Origin: Mobula birostris
Lineage: Eukaryota
Assembly (NCBI RefSeq): GCF_030028105.1
Contig: NC_092375.1
Coordinates: 141,759,035-141,823,034, forward strand
Length of the DNA stretch: 64,000 nt
Reading direction: 5' to 3'
Within the stretch, counting starts at the first letter, position 1. The number at the start of each line of letters is the position of its first letter. The translations under genes were made by a program, and so were the position numbers. Under the pieces are notes generated by a model. The model worked only from the letters and a program-made list of their open reading frames with translations, had not been told where the DNA came from and searched no databases. Shown here piece by piece: positions 25,077 through 37,721 of the stretch.

Positions 25077-25975
25077 TTCAATAGGTACATTTAATGTCAG
25101 AGAAATATACATCCTGAAAGTCTTTTTCTTTGCAAACATCCACCAAAAGAGGAGTGCCTCAAAGAATGAACGACAGTTGAACATTGGAACCCCAAAGCAC
25201 CCCCCCCCCAGCTTCTCCACCCATGCACAAGCAGCAGCAAGGCAACAACGACCCCCACCCCCACCAGCAAAAAGCATCAGCGCCCTCCATTGAGCTCAAG
25301 CGTGCAGCAAGCATCAATAAAGACACAGACTTGCAGTACCCCAAAGGCTATTCGTTCACNNNNNNNNNNNNNNNNNNNNNNNNNNNNNNNNNNNNNNNNN
25401 NNNNNNNNNNNNNNNNNNNNNNNNNNNNNNNNNNNNNNNNNNNNNNNNNNNNNNNNNNNNNNNNNNNNNNNNNNNNNNNNNNNNNNNNNNNNNNNNNNNC
25501 CCTCTGTCTCTCATGTGTCCCCGTGTCACAGCGAGAGCGGAGATGTAACAAACAACTCGCTGATTTACAATGTTAAAAGTCTGTTGCATCGCTTCTTCTG
25601 AGCTCTGCGCCTAGTGAGTCGGCCCCAGAAAGGCGCAGATCTACAGACACACAACCTATGGCAGCTGACCTGTGTTCTCCCACGACACTTCAGTCGCGGG
25701 CACCGGACTAGAATCAGCTCGATCCAGAGCGACAAAAATCCAGAACCCTGAAGTTGCGCTAGCCTTCCAGGTTTGTGTCCTTGGGATATCAAAAAGCGGC
25801 CGGTCCTGAGGCCCTGAGAGCAGGTTCCATTCTCACAAAGAACTGAAGTCAGAGTGTAACTCCAGGTCATGGTCTTCAAATGAGACTTGAGAAAGAAAAA
25901 AAGGGATGTCAAAGATAGAAATAGAGCTGCTTCTGAAGATGCAAGCAAAGGAGTTGCCATTTAGCGCCATCTGAC
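25077..25975 (-). mobile_element. Non-autonomous retroelement, copy B (contains the assembly gap)
   Basis: Collinear with 6729-7462. On the minus strand it begins GTCAGATGGCGCTAAATGGC. Confidence 0.75.
25360..25499. other. Assembly gap, 140 N
   Basis: Run of n in the sequence. Confidence 0.99.
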
Positions 25976-26382
25976 ATTGCTCTGCCCCTCCAAATCAATA
26001 ATGCATTGTTGATACAAAGCCTATAAAGTGGTTCATACCCGAGCAGTGCTTTTGATGGAACTGTGCATTTTGACTTTAGTTTATGGAGGTAGATGCTTAG
26101 AACCACATTTTGATTTCACTTACTGTATAGGTTTTTTTTTATACATTGTCCAGATTAGTGGCAAATACTATCTTGACTTCCTTTTTTAACACTTTTTATG
26201 AGAAGAACCTTGCATGCTATTTGACTCTAAATGAATGTCTTTCCACAAGTAGTAGATATGTAATACTTATCCAGTCTCATAGTGACTTACTGCAACTGTT
26301 TTGACAGTTTTCTGTTGAGATATGCTGTGGAGATTCGCAGATTTTATTTGGAAAAGTAAACTGGCCTCTTTTTAAATTGCAG

Positions 26383-26472
26383 GAACTGGTGTCTATTAAT
26401 CCTCCAAAAGCAGCTGAATTGTTAGCTGTGCATTTCTCTACAGAGCTACGATCAATTCTGAACCAATTAGAG
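26383..26472 (+). CDS. VPS8: VPS8 coding exon (6th), phase 0/0
   Basis: ttgcag|GAA...GAG|gtagaa; 90 nt; ELVSINPPKAAELLAVHFSTELRSILNQLE. Confidence 0.92.
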
Positions 26473-27044
26473 GTAGAATTAATTTTCTTCCTTTTTCTGT
26501 AACTTAGTTTAAAAGAAATGTTCTTGCATTGAAACTTACACATGCACTTTTTTAAAACTGTGGTGCCTTACCTGCAAAAGTACTGAATCTAGCTGTTTTT
26601 TTTTCTCTCTCTTGGCATTGCAAACTGGTTCTTCTGATCCATGTTCCATGCCAGGCTGCCTTTTGTTTCTCTGTCATGTATCCTACTAAAGAGTTATTTA
26701 TTTGAGTCAATGTAGAAAACGCATTTTGGACAGCATGCTTCCTGCTGTGACATGAACATTCAGCTGCAGAAATAACGCCTTTGAACAACTATTAGTGCTC
26801 GCCTCACATAGTGAGTTATTGGTTCCATTTAAAAAGCAAGGGACTGAAGAAGAATTATGAAATCTTTTAAAATCCTGACATGGATAATGTTGTTGCAGCC
26901 TAGTTTCTCAGCTAATGCTGAGTGAAGCTATCAGATGCAAGGTTAGTGAACTGTCTGTGCAGTTCAATATTTGAAAAGCTTATTTTCCTTCACAGAATGT
27001 GTGTGTGGAATATATTTACAGCTATTTTTCATCTGCAAATAACC

Positions 27045-28030
27045 CTAGTACAAGTTGAGGTTATTCTCATATGCACAAGTACATGTTTGCACAGTAGCAA
27101 TAAAAAAAACTTACTTGCAGCAACTTCACAGGCACATAGCATCATATAAGTAGTGCTCACAAGAAAAACATAAATTATAGGTCATTCTTATTACAAGAAA
27201 CACAATTTGAACAAAAAAGTCGATTTTCATGCAAAGTGGTCAAAATAATCATGTTCTAAACTAGTGATTAGTATTTTGCTGGCTGGTTTAAGAATTAAGT
27301 GGATGAAGAGAAGTAGCTGTTCTTAAAGCTGATGGGATGGACTTGAGGCTTCTGTGTCTCGTGTCCAGTGGTAGCTGTGAAAAGATGACATGGCCTATAT
27401 AGTGTAGATCTTTGATAATAGATATTACCTTCTTGAGGCAGTGCCTCCTGTAGATACTATCACGGTGGGGAGGGTTGTACCTATGATATATTGGACAGAG
27501 TCCACCGCTCTCTGCTGTCTGCAACTAGTTGTGTCTCTGTGCATTTGAATTACCAGACCTGACTATGATGCAACCAGTCAGGATACTTTCACCAGTACGT
27601 CTGTAGAAGTTAGTGTGTTCGGTGACAAGCCAAATCCTTTTAACCGCCTAAGACATTAAAGACACTGGCACGTTTTCCTTTTGATCGCTTTGATGTGCTA
27701 GGCCCAGGGGAGATCGTCCATTATGTTAATGTCCAGAAATTTAAAGCTGCCAAGTCTCTCCACTGCTAATCCCTCAATGTTTACTGCACATGTTTACCTT
27801 TAGATATGGCATTCGAGCTGTGCTTAGCCTCGCAGTCGTGGGTATCAAGCAAGTGGAGCAGGGGGCTAAGCACATAGCCTTGTGCATCTGTGCAAATGGA
27901 GATTATGGGGGAGATGTTGCCAGTCTGAACTGACTGGAGTCTGCAAGTGAGAAAATCAAGAATCCAGTTGCACAAGGATGTACTAAGGCATAGATCTTGA
28001 AGCTTATTGATCAGTTTTGAAGGGTGATAT
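27045..28030 (-). mobile_element. Rex1/Babar-like LINE, 3' part
   Basis: CNWILDFLT...AQGYVLSPLL..THDC; IIKD..GH.IFSQLP. Confidence 0.85.
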
Positions 28031-28034
28031 GGTG

Positions 28035-28258
28035 ATGAAACAACTAATTCCTGCCTGAGAAGTGATTTGAATCCACTCCAATTTGTCTACAGTCACAGCA
28101 GGACAACAGCAGATGCAGTTTCATTGCCTCTTCACTCAACCATGGAACATCTGGACAGCAAAAAGATGCATACATCAGGATATTCTTCATTGACCACAGT
28201 TTGGCATTCATTACTATCATCCCCCCAGAGTTAATCAGTAAGCTTCAAGACCTGGGTT
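28035..28258 (+). mobile_element. Inverted upstream RT segment of a Rex1-like LINE
   Basis: Plus strand, with frameshifts: SCLRSDLNPLQFVY..ADAVSL.LH..DAYIRIFFID.S.AF.TII..SKLQDLG. Confidence 0.8.
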
Positions 28259-29205
28259 TGAAGCTGGAGTGCTGTCAGGAGAGTTGTGAGTGCATCATTT
28301 CTCTGTGAACACAACAGTTCCTCATTATACCTCTAATAAAGCTGTCTTGCTCTGAGATCTTTAATCTTGTTTTCTAATGACTTATTAGGCTGGAGGGTGC
28401 TGGGAAGGGGTGGGGTCAGGGGCAGGTGGGCCTTCCATCTTGAGGGAAGCTTTCCCCTGCAGCCCATATTTTCTGAGACACTGGGGGCCTCCCCAGTGTT
28501 TCTAACAGCAATGTTTACCTTCTGGGTGTCTGTTCTGGGTAGTTGTTATGTATCAGTTACTCTGAAGATTATGGAAATAATTCCTCATCCAATCCCTTTT
28601 GCCTCAATTTGATTGTTCCAGTGCACATTTAGCTTTGCTTCTACAACTGTAAGTAAGTTATCTAAAGCACTACTGTTGGGTCAAGCAGCACAGTGATGTA
28701 TATATTCTAATCTTGTTTTCAGACCTCTGTGGTGTGACTCTTCGCAGTCTTTTCAAGTTCCTCCAGTTCAGTTATGTGCACTCTTCAAATTCTGGCCTCT
28801 TGACCAAACTTAATCACTCCACTGTTAGCTGTACTTTTGGTTGTTAACCACTGCAATTCTCATCTCAGATCTCTTCATAGACTAATCATCTGCCCTGATA
28901 TTTCCTTGGGTTTCATGATCTATAGGAATTACATTTGATAATTATTGCTGAGAAGCAATTCTTACATTTTACTATATTTTGCATTTCATAGATATGAAAT
29001 GCTAGCTTCTGAGAATCTGCCATGGGGAGAAAAATTAGGGGCTGCAATTGTGTCATATTATCCTGTACCACAATGAAAAAAAGATTCAATACAGCTGTAG
29101 TTTTTCTTCCTCTGCTTCATATATGGACTAACAGAAAAAGAGTAATTTCTGACAATTCATTTGTGCTTCTAGATTTTAATCTCACAACAACAGTAGCTTT
29201 ATGTA

Positions 29206-29438
29206 CGCAAACATGAGGAAGTCTGTAGGTGCTGGAAATTCAAGCAACACACACAAAATGCTGGTGGAATGCAGCAGGTCAGGTAGCATCTATAGGAAGA
29301 GGTACAGTTGCCGTTTCGGGCCGAGACCCTTTGTCACGACTCACAGGGTCCTGACAAATGGTCTTGGCCCGAAACGTCGACTATACCTCTTCCTATAGAG
29401 GCTGCCTGACCTGCTGCGTTCCACCAGCATTTTGTGTG
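29206..29438. mobile_element. Penelope-like palindromic mini-element with a 14-bp TSD
   Basis: ~90-bp inverted arms at 29250-29340 and 29348-29438. TSD agtagctttatgta at 29192-29205 and 29439-29452. Confidence 0.85.
29348..29382 (+). ncRNA. Degenerate minimal hammerhead ribozyme motif (Penelope-type)
   Basis: CTGACAA (CUGANGA with G>A), short helix II region, then GAAAC-GTC. A more degenerate mirror copy lies on the minus strand at about 29307-29340. Confidence 0.5.
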
Positions 29439-29874
29439 AGTAGCTTTATGTAAACACTTTTGTTTCTAATTGTATATTGGTAGTTCTCCTGTTATGAACT
29501 AACAACAAAGAATGTTGAAAACATTTTGACAGTCAGGAAGCATTTGTGAAAAGAGAAACGGGTAACATTTCTGACCTGAAGCACTTCAGCAAAACTGGGA
29601 AAGAGGGAAAACAGTTTGGCTTTCTGTAGCATTTTTAATATGCAATTAAATTATCTCAATGTACTGAAAAAAGGAACAGATGCCTCTTTTAAATTTAATT
29701 TGGAATGTTCATGTGCCAAAAGGAATGAGCCTGGAACACTCACAGTAAGTGTCTGCAGAGGTTATAATACATCTCTGCTTCCTTGAAACAAATGAAGTTC
29801 AACAACAATTAATTTCCTAATATTTATGTAGTTAATTACACAAATTACACAAATCCAGAATGCACAGGACCCTG

Positions 29875-30098
29875 AGGCTGTGACCCTGCTGAACCTCACA
29901 TCACAGTGCTAAGCAGTATTGCACCCATATTGTACTGTCTCAGTACTTTTATATTTGTGTGCTATAGCACTTTTTATTCGCAGTTATTTTGTAAATAACA
30001 CTATTCTTTACATTTCTGGTTAGATGCTAACTGCATTTCATTGGCTTTGTATCTGTACTCGGCACAATGACAATAAAGATGAATCTAATCTAATCTAA
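29875..30098 (+). mobile_element. Rex1-like LINE 3' tail
   Basis: ...cggcacaatgacaataaagatgaatctaatctaatcta. Confidence 0.7.
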
Positions 30099-31504
30099 TT
30101 CAATGAAATGATATTCTAGTTATAAATAAGAGTATTTCTAGAATTGCTAGCACCCAATATTTTTCACAATTTTTTTAGAAACTGCTTTTTCAGAGAATCT
30201 TTCCAAATTATTGATTTTAACCAAGAAATTTGTACATTACTGTTGCTACTACAAGATTTCCATTTGCATTTCAAAACCTCATTGTTAGTAGTTACTGTTT
30301 TTTTTTGTCAGCCCAACTGTGAAGTGGAGAAACAAAAATCAATTTTAATACTTGTTTGAAGGAGAAAAACACAATCATGCCAGAATTGTTAGTTTAGAAA
30401 GATCAATATGTTTTGGCATTTGCTGTGGGTACCATTTTCTTTTGCAATGTATCACTTTGAACTTTAGAGTTAATTGTGCAGAATACTGGGAAGCAAAACT
30501 TAAGACTGGCTTTCTCATCCCTATCATGTCAAAGTAGCAGAGTGGAGTACTGAAAAAGTGAATGACTGTTTATGCTGTTAATCGTATCTTATCCTGTGAT
30601 AGATATTCACTTTCCAGAGTCTGAGAGGTTTATTGATAAACTCGGCTTTTTAGCACAGCTGGATGACTTTTTCAAAGGGTCAGAATTAAACTTCTAACAA
30701 ATATTATTTTTTCAGCTTTTTGCTGTAAAGCAGAACTAGTCCCCAGTTCTTAACGTAAGTTACAAACAACAAGCAGTTTGAGGTTGGAGGCATAGCTTTG
30801 CAAAGTATGCAGGAGACTTGTCTCCATTAGCCAAATACAAACAATGGGGTTATGTCACTTAACACATCAAACCTGGTCACAAGCTGGGATGTTTGTGTAC
30901 TCAGGGGGTCAGCCCTCACAGCAATAATTGTGGATGTTTGGGATCTCTGTTGCCAGAATCTTTTAAGACCATCTCTGTGAGTTACTTTGTCCCAGCAAAG
31001 ATATCTGGAAAATATCACATGCAGATTATGTCATCTAGTAGAAAATAATGTAAGTATTTAAAAGATGGGAAGGGAGTATTGTTTGGAATGACAATGAAAA
31101 CAACAGAAAGATGAGGTTACAGAAAGAATTCAAACTTATTCCTCAACCCTTGGTTTCTGCAATTGACAACTCTTTCATTTGCAATTTGTATATGTTTGTA
31201 TGAATTATAGCTGTGTTTGGAAATTTGCAGTTACTAACTTTTGAAATTTGAAACTCTTCTATAAATTAGAATTCCTCTGCAGGTGTTAAATGTGTGTTAA
31301 GAATTTTGTCTGAATTAATACACGTAACAGTAAAAAATAAAATGACTGTGTTTAAACTACTTTGTTAGCTGGAAGCATCTCATCCTTGGTAGCGTGGAGG
31401 GTGGGGAGGACTCACCACTCAAGCAGTGGGTATTGGCAGCTAAACCTTGCCGCAGAAGCTAGACTGGGAAGGAAGCTAGGTGATTACAGTATAATCTCCT
31501 TGGA

Positions 31505-32725
31505 AGATAGATAGATAGTTTTTTGATCCCAAAGGAAATTACAGTGTCAAGGTAGCATTACAAGTGCACAGATATACAAATGTACAAATATTAGAAGAAA
31601 GGTAAGACCTCAAACAGTCTAACAGGAGGGGGTCTACACTTTTCCAGCCATAAGTTCACTCATGGAGCCTAATGGCCGAGGATGAGAATGGCCTCATAGA
31701 GCGCTGTTTGGAGCAGTGCAGTGGTCTTAGTCTATTACTAAAAGTGCTCCTGCGTTCAGTCAAGGTGGCATGCAGAGGTTGAGAAACATCATTCAGAATT
31801 GCCAGGATTTTCTGTAGGGTCCTTTGTTCTACCACAGCCTCCAGTGTGTCCAGTTTGACTCCCATAACAGAGCCGCCTTTCTAATCAGTTGGTTGAGCCT
31901 GTTGGCATCATCCGCGTTGATGCCTTTGCCCCAGCACACCACCGCATGAAAAATTGTACTGGCAACAACAAACTGGTAGAACATCTGAAGGAGAAGCCTG
32001 CATACTCCAAAGGACCTCAGTCTCTTCAGGAAGTAGAGGCGACTCTGGCCCTTCTTGTACACAGCCTCTGTGTTGTGCTACACACAAGCCTGTCATCCAG
32101 GTGCACTTCCAGATACTTGTATGTCCTCACCACATCCACTCCTCACCATCAGCAGCAACAGGGAGCGGTGCAGGCTTAGTCTTCCTAAAGTCCATCACCA
32201 TTTCCTTGTCTTACTGATGTTGAGCTGAAAATGATTCAGACCTTTTGACAAAGTCCTCCATCACAGCCCTGTATTCATCCTTCTGTACACCCAACTATTA
32301 CTGAGTCATCAGAGGATTTCTGCAGATGACATGACTCAGTGTTGTATCTAAAGTCCGAGGTATACAGGGTAAACAGGAAGGGAGCCAGTATAGTCCCCTG
32401 TGGGGTCCCAGTGCTGTTTGTAGCCATGTCTAACACACAGATCTGAAGCTGCGCGTTCTGTGGTCTGTCAGTCAGGTAGTCTATTATCCAGGATACAATG
32501 GAAGTGCCAACCTGCATTGAATGAAGCTTTTTCCCCAGCAATGAGGGCTGTATGGCATTGAAGGCACTTGAGAAATCAAAAAACATGATCCTTACAGTGC
32601 TGCCCTGCTTATCGAAATGGGTATAGGCTCTGTTCAGCAGGTAGATGACACGTTGTCGACTCTAATGTGCTCCAAGTGGGCAAAATGCAGGGGATCGAGG
32701 GCTGATCTGACAAGGGGTCGGAGGT
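31505..32725 (-). mobile_element. Rex1/Babar-like LINE, 5'-truncated
   Basis: MFFDFSSAFNAIQP, TGTPQGTILAPFLFTLYT, KKGQSRLYFLKRL; (ATCT)n tail. Confidence 0.9.
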
Positions 32726-34532
32726 GAATGAAAGTACCCTATCTATATTGGATAAGGCTTAAGGTCTTCTTTTGAGTTTACAGCTGGATGGACAAAGAGC
32801 CCAATTTCATCACAAACCAAACTGGTCACTATTTCAAGAACTGAATATAAGTGACAGACAATCTGCATTCTGGACCATGGTCTCTGTCTTGAACTGAAAT
32901 TGGTCAATTTTGAAGCACTTGCTCCCTGATCAGACCTTAAGCATCAGTCTTCAAAGTGAAATAGTGACCCTTCATGATTTTGGAACCAGTTTGTCTGCCT
33001 TGGAGGGGTACAGATTTCTATGGTCATGTACAAATATATAATGAGTGTCTCCTGTTGACGATCATCATCTTGAATATTGAGATTAAAAGATAGATGATTA
33101 ATCGGGGGGGGGTGAACTAGTGCGGGTAAGTTCAATGTTGAATCCAACACAAAAAGAGAGACTGAAGTTTGAATAAGGGAAACTGAGAAGTAAATTTCAG
33201 TAAAATGCATTTTTCAAATCTATGACTGTAAACAGTCTGAAAAATGAGACACCAGACTTATTTAATTTTTGGAAAAGTGTTGATTGACAATCAATAAAAA
33301 TCATGTTGCCAAAAAGAAGGGGCATGTGATTAATTATAAATAATAATGATTATAAATACAACAAATCATGAAAGTGACAAATGTTACTCAATTACTATTT
33401 TTGAAAAGCTAATGATAGAGTGGCACAAACTAACCAGAAACTAGGGGTGATTTATCATTTATGGATAATTCATCCAATCTATATTGCCTGGCTAGTTTCC
33501 ACATTAATGAAGTTGTTGATCAGGCACTTATTCGGGCTAATTTCTTTAGAGTGCATTATGCTTGTACATAAGTTCAGCTTGCTTATCTTGAAGATGCAAA
33601 TTTCTCCTGGGAAATGGTTCATTAGTTATTATATTGTAGAATATTTTTGAACAGAAATGAAACAATTATGTTTTTGTTCAGGTTATTTGATAATTTTGAA
33701 TGCCACACTGATTTTAATGTTTCATAGTTTAATTTTTGTTAAACTTGGTGCATCCTCTGGCATTTTATTCAGATGTAATCTGCACCCTCATTTGAGCATC
33801 ACAGTCTATAGGCTTTAATTTTTTAAAAAGCTCTTTCCTCAAAGTTTGCTTTGGAGAGAGATGATATGTTGTACTGAATTTCACAACTATTCAGTGTTAC
33901 ATTCTATATTGGCATATTGCCTGCATATTACATGTTAATAATGATTGCTGTGATTTATAAGCTTTCTTGTAACACATTACTAATTTTATTGTTATAATTC
34001 TCTTCTTGTCCCAGACTTAATCTTGCATGAAAGTGTGTATCCTGGCTGTTAAAGATTGCTGTTGTGTTTTAAACCTGCAGCAGCTGATTTAAAAGTTTAA
34101 AAATAATATAATGAAATAAAAGCAAGTGTAGGCCATCTAGTCCTTTGAGATGCTTTCCCCTTTAATAAGGTCACTATCGAACCACTGCATTATCCACCTT
34201 TGAACTTGATCACTCATGTCCTGTCGAGAAATCTTCTACTCTCTTGAAAATGCTCATAAATTAACACCCACAGCACTCTAAGAACTCCACCTTCACAACC
34301 TTGATCTTGGTTAACCAGTCCTTTATCTGGAGATGGGCTCTCAAAGGAGAAAAGGCTTCTTGATCTTTGCTCTGTCCATCCCTCTAAGAGTATTAGTTTT
34401 CAATGAGTTGAATTATTCTTGTAAAGCTAATGAGTGTAGCTGAGGGTCATTTCTTCATCTGTAATGTACTGACTCCAAGGACTGTACAAGAACACTCCCA
34501 ATTCTCGATGTGTAGTCTCAGTAATGACGTAT

Positions 34533-35073
34533 ATACAATCAGTGCTTCTTTATTAGGTACACCTGCACATCAATGCAAGTATCTTTTCAGCCAATTATGT
34601 GGCAGCAACTCAATGCATAAAAGCAGCCAGACATGGTCAAGAAGTTCAGTTGTTGTTCAGACCAAACATAAGAATAAGGAAGAATTGTGATCTAAGTGAC
34701 CTTTACAGTAGAATGGTTGGTGGTGACAGACATAGTTTGAGCAGCCAAGAAATTGCTAATCTCTTGGGATTTTCATTTACAACCGTCTCTAGAGTTTACA
34801 GAGAATAGTGCAAAAATGGAAAAAAAAATCCAGTGAGTTGCAGTTCTGTGGGCGAAAATGCCTTGTTAATAAGATGTCAGAGGAGAATAGCCAAACTGGA
34901 TCAAGCTGACAGAAGTGTGACAGTAACTCAAATAATCACGCTTTACAATAGTGGTGTGCAGAAGAATGTCTCTAAGTGCATAACATGTCGAACCTTGAAG
35001 TTGATGGACGATAGCAGCAGATGACCGTGAACATAGGTACAGGAGGTACCTAATTAAGTGGCTGCTGAATGTA
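34533..35073 (+). mobile_element. Internally deleted Tc1-like element, same family as 8553-9106
   Basis: Degenerate TIRs (ctttattaggtac / gtacctaattaag). CDLSDLYSRMV...LLGFSFTTVSRVYRE. Confidence 0.85.
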
Positions 35074-37329
35074 GTTTCAGCAACTTGTTGAAGTTAAAAT
35101 TCAGTGATACAGTTATTTTAAGCAAGCAATGATACAGGTGTTCCTTTCTGTTAAGATTAAGATCATTTGGAATGTCGTGTACAGGAATGAATAATGTAGT
35201 TTCGTATCTGGGGTTATTAGCTCACATGTCTATTCAGGGAGAAATGTATAGATTTTTATCTTGGAAGATCTATCGATAGTTATTCAATTTCTCCGAGAGG
35301 ATAAATCTGTTTGAATATCCTGAAGCTATTGTCCAATCATTTATCCTATCTTCCTCTGCATTGTATGCCATCGAGAAAATTGGATACTTTTAAAATGGAG
35401 GATGTACTGTTTCCTTTTGACAAGATAGATTAACGCCCTATTATAATGTGCTTGGCAGTGAATTAAAAAAGAAGACAGTGAACATAGAATTGCAAATTTT
35501 ACCTAATTATAAACTGGGTAATTTAAACACCAGGAACACCCCATTAATTGCAGGATTTTTGCCAGTTACTTATGTTTGTGTATTTGACAGTTTGCTCTGA
35601 GATCCTGCAGTTAAGAACTATAATTCAGTGCTATTAGTGATGCTACAATTTTGAATAATCTTCAATTCTCAACTGCAGAGTATTTATGGTCGTTGTTAGC
35701 AGTTTGATTACTCTGGGTGATTTGTATTTTTTTAAACACTTGTAGGTGGCAAGGAAAGAGAAGAGTGCTGAATCTAATGAAAATTGGCACCTGATGTCAA
35801 TGCTGACAGATGGTGCAGAATTTTACACAATTATTTTTAAATTGTATGCTGAAACTTTATAATACCACAGGGATCGCTACTAGAAAGTGAGACATTATTG
35901 AGTGTTTAGTGCTGTAAACTTTGCTATTACATTTGATGTGGGAAGGTGTTAGAATCTTGCCAGAAGAATGGGATTCTGAACTATCTTGAAACATGAATAA
36001 GCAGCAGTGATGATTTTTATGTGATTGCAATTCACGATTTGAGACCAAATTGCTTGGATAAAGAAGCACTGCAATAAAATATACTTCCATGTTTCTAACA
36101 TGTTGCCCTATTGCCAAATGTCACTCAACATCTTGAACTAACTGTTACGCAGGCGAATGCTGTAGCCTTGCTGCACCATGTTATTTGCAGTAAGTATCAA
36201 TTGTATCATTGTGTATAATGTTAATAGATCAGCTGTCTTCCAGAGTGAGAGCTATTTCTGAGGATTCTTTGATAATTCATTTTACTCAAGAATAATTTGT
36301 GTTTAAGCTGTGCAGTTAGTGCAGAAAAACACTCTTAGAAACTTTTCAGGTGTACAATTAATAAAACATTACTATTACATAATGAAAATGATGCTTGTGT
36401 GTGACTTCATGTCTTAATATTTATTCAGCTTCTTCGAACTTCATATGAATTGCATCACTTTTTGTGATGATCATATCTTTATTTTTAAGAGAGCTTTTTT
36501 GATTTAATACATATTTGAATTACTGATGTAATCTTAGTTAAGGAGGCTCAAAGGAAGAGAAAGGGATGCAGAGGTATAAAGGGAAATTCATCTTGAGTGT
36601 CTTAATGTTCCGGAGAAAGGATAGAAATGATTGTTTAGGGTGGTGGTGCTTCAGCATTTGAGAATTAGAGTGCCCAAGGAGAAGATTTTCAGATAGCAAG
36701 TTTACAGAGGTGGGGAATGATTGTGAATGAGGTAAAGGTTTTTCTAGACATTGGATCTGTGGAAATGTTGAAAGAACAGGACCAATGAAATTCAGCAAGG
36801 ATGAGGTTGACAGAAATCTGACATTGTGCATAATACAAAGATGTTAGAATTTGAATCCACTGAAATTAATGTAGAATGGAAATGCAATAATGACCAGGGA
36901 TATAGAATATTCAAAACTAGAGATTAAAGCTGATTGAAGATGTAGGGGACTAGAGGCAGTGTTACACAGCCAAAGTGATGGAGAATTAGGAGGATTTGAA
37001 GCTGCTTTCTGGGATAAAATTTCAAGTCGCCTCAGCATCCATGTTTTGCCCTTGAACACCAGCAGAAAAATAATTTTTGACAAAAGCGTTGTTACCTAAT
37101 ATAACTTGGGAAAAGCAAAAACAGTATTCCTTTTCCCTATATTTTTAACTGTACTGGTATCAGGTTAATGGTGAGGGCAAAGAAGGAAATAATGTTCCAT
37201 TAAACATAATCATAAAACATCAATAAAATTTGACTAAAAGTGACAGAATTCAAAGCTATTATTGTCTGGAGGATATGTCCTATTATTTCTGAAATATGTT
37301 AAGACAAGTTTTAAGTACACAAACATATT

Positions 37330-37720
37330 GGTTATTGATTTATTATTGCCACATGTACCAAGGGACAATGGAAAATATTTGCTTTACATGCCATCCATGC
37401 AGACCATTTCATTACAACATTGCACTGAGGCAGCAGTAACTGAAAGTGAATAAAATGTTACTTTTACAGAGCCAGTACAGTCTGGCAGAAAGTAATGTGC
37501 AGGGCCCACAGTGAAATAGACTGTGAAATCAAGAGTCCATCATATTGTACAAGGGTACCATTCAACATTCTTACAGTTGTGGGGTAGAATCTGTCTTTGA
37601 GCCTGGTGTACATGCTTTCAGGCTTTTGCATCTTCTGCAAAGAGGAGAAGAGAGAATGTCTTGGGCAGATGGGGTCTTTGATTATGATGGTTGCTTTACC
37701 GAGGCAGCAGAAAGTATAGT
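37330..37720 (-). mobile_element. Rex1-like LINE 3' fragment
   Basis: KATIIIKDP.CPRHSLFS..RLKDRFYP. Confidence 0.75.
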
Positions 37721-37721
37721 T

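Noticed and set aside
36540-37100. Purine-rich stretch resembling very old CR1 (also about 5580-5820, 15290-15560, 34120-34530)
   Set aside because: Too decayed to delimit or classify reliably by eye.
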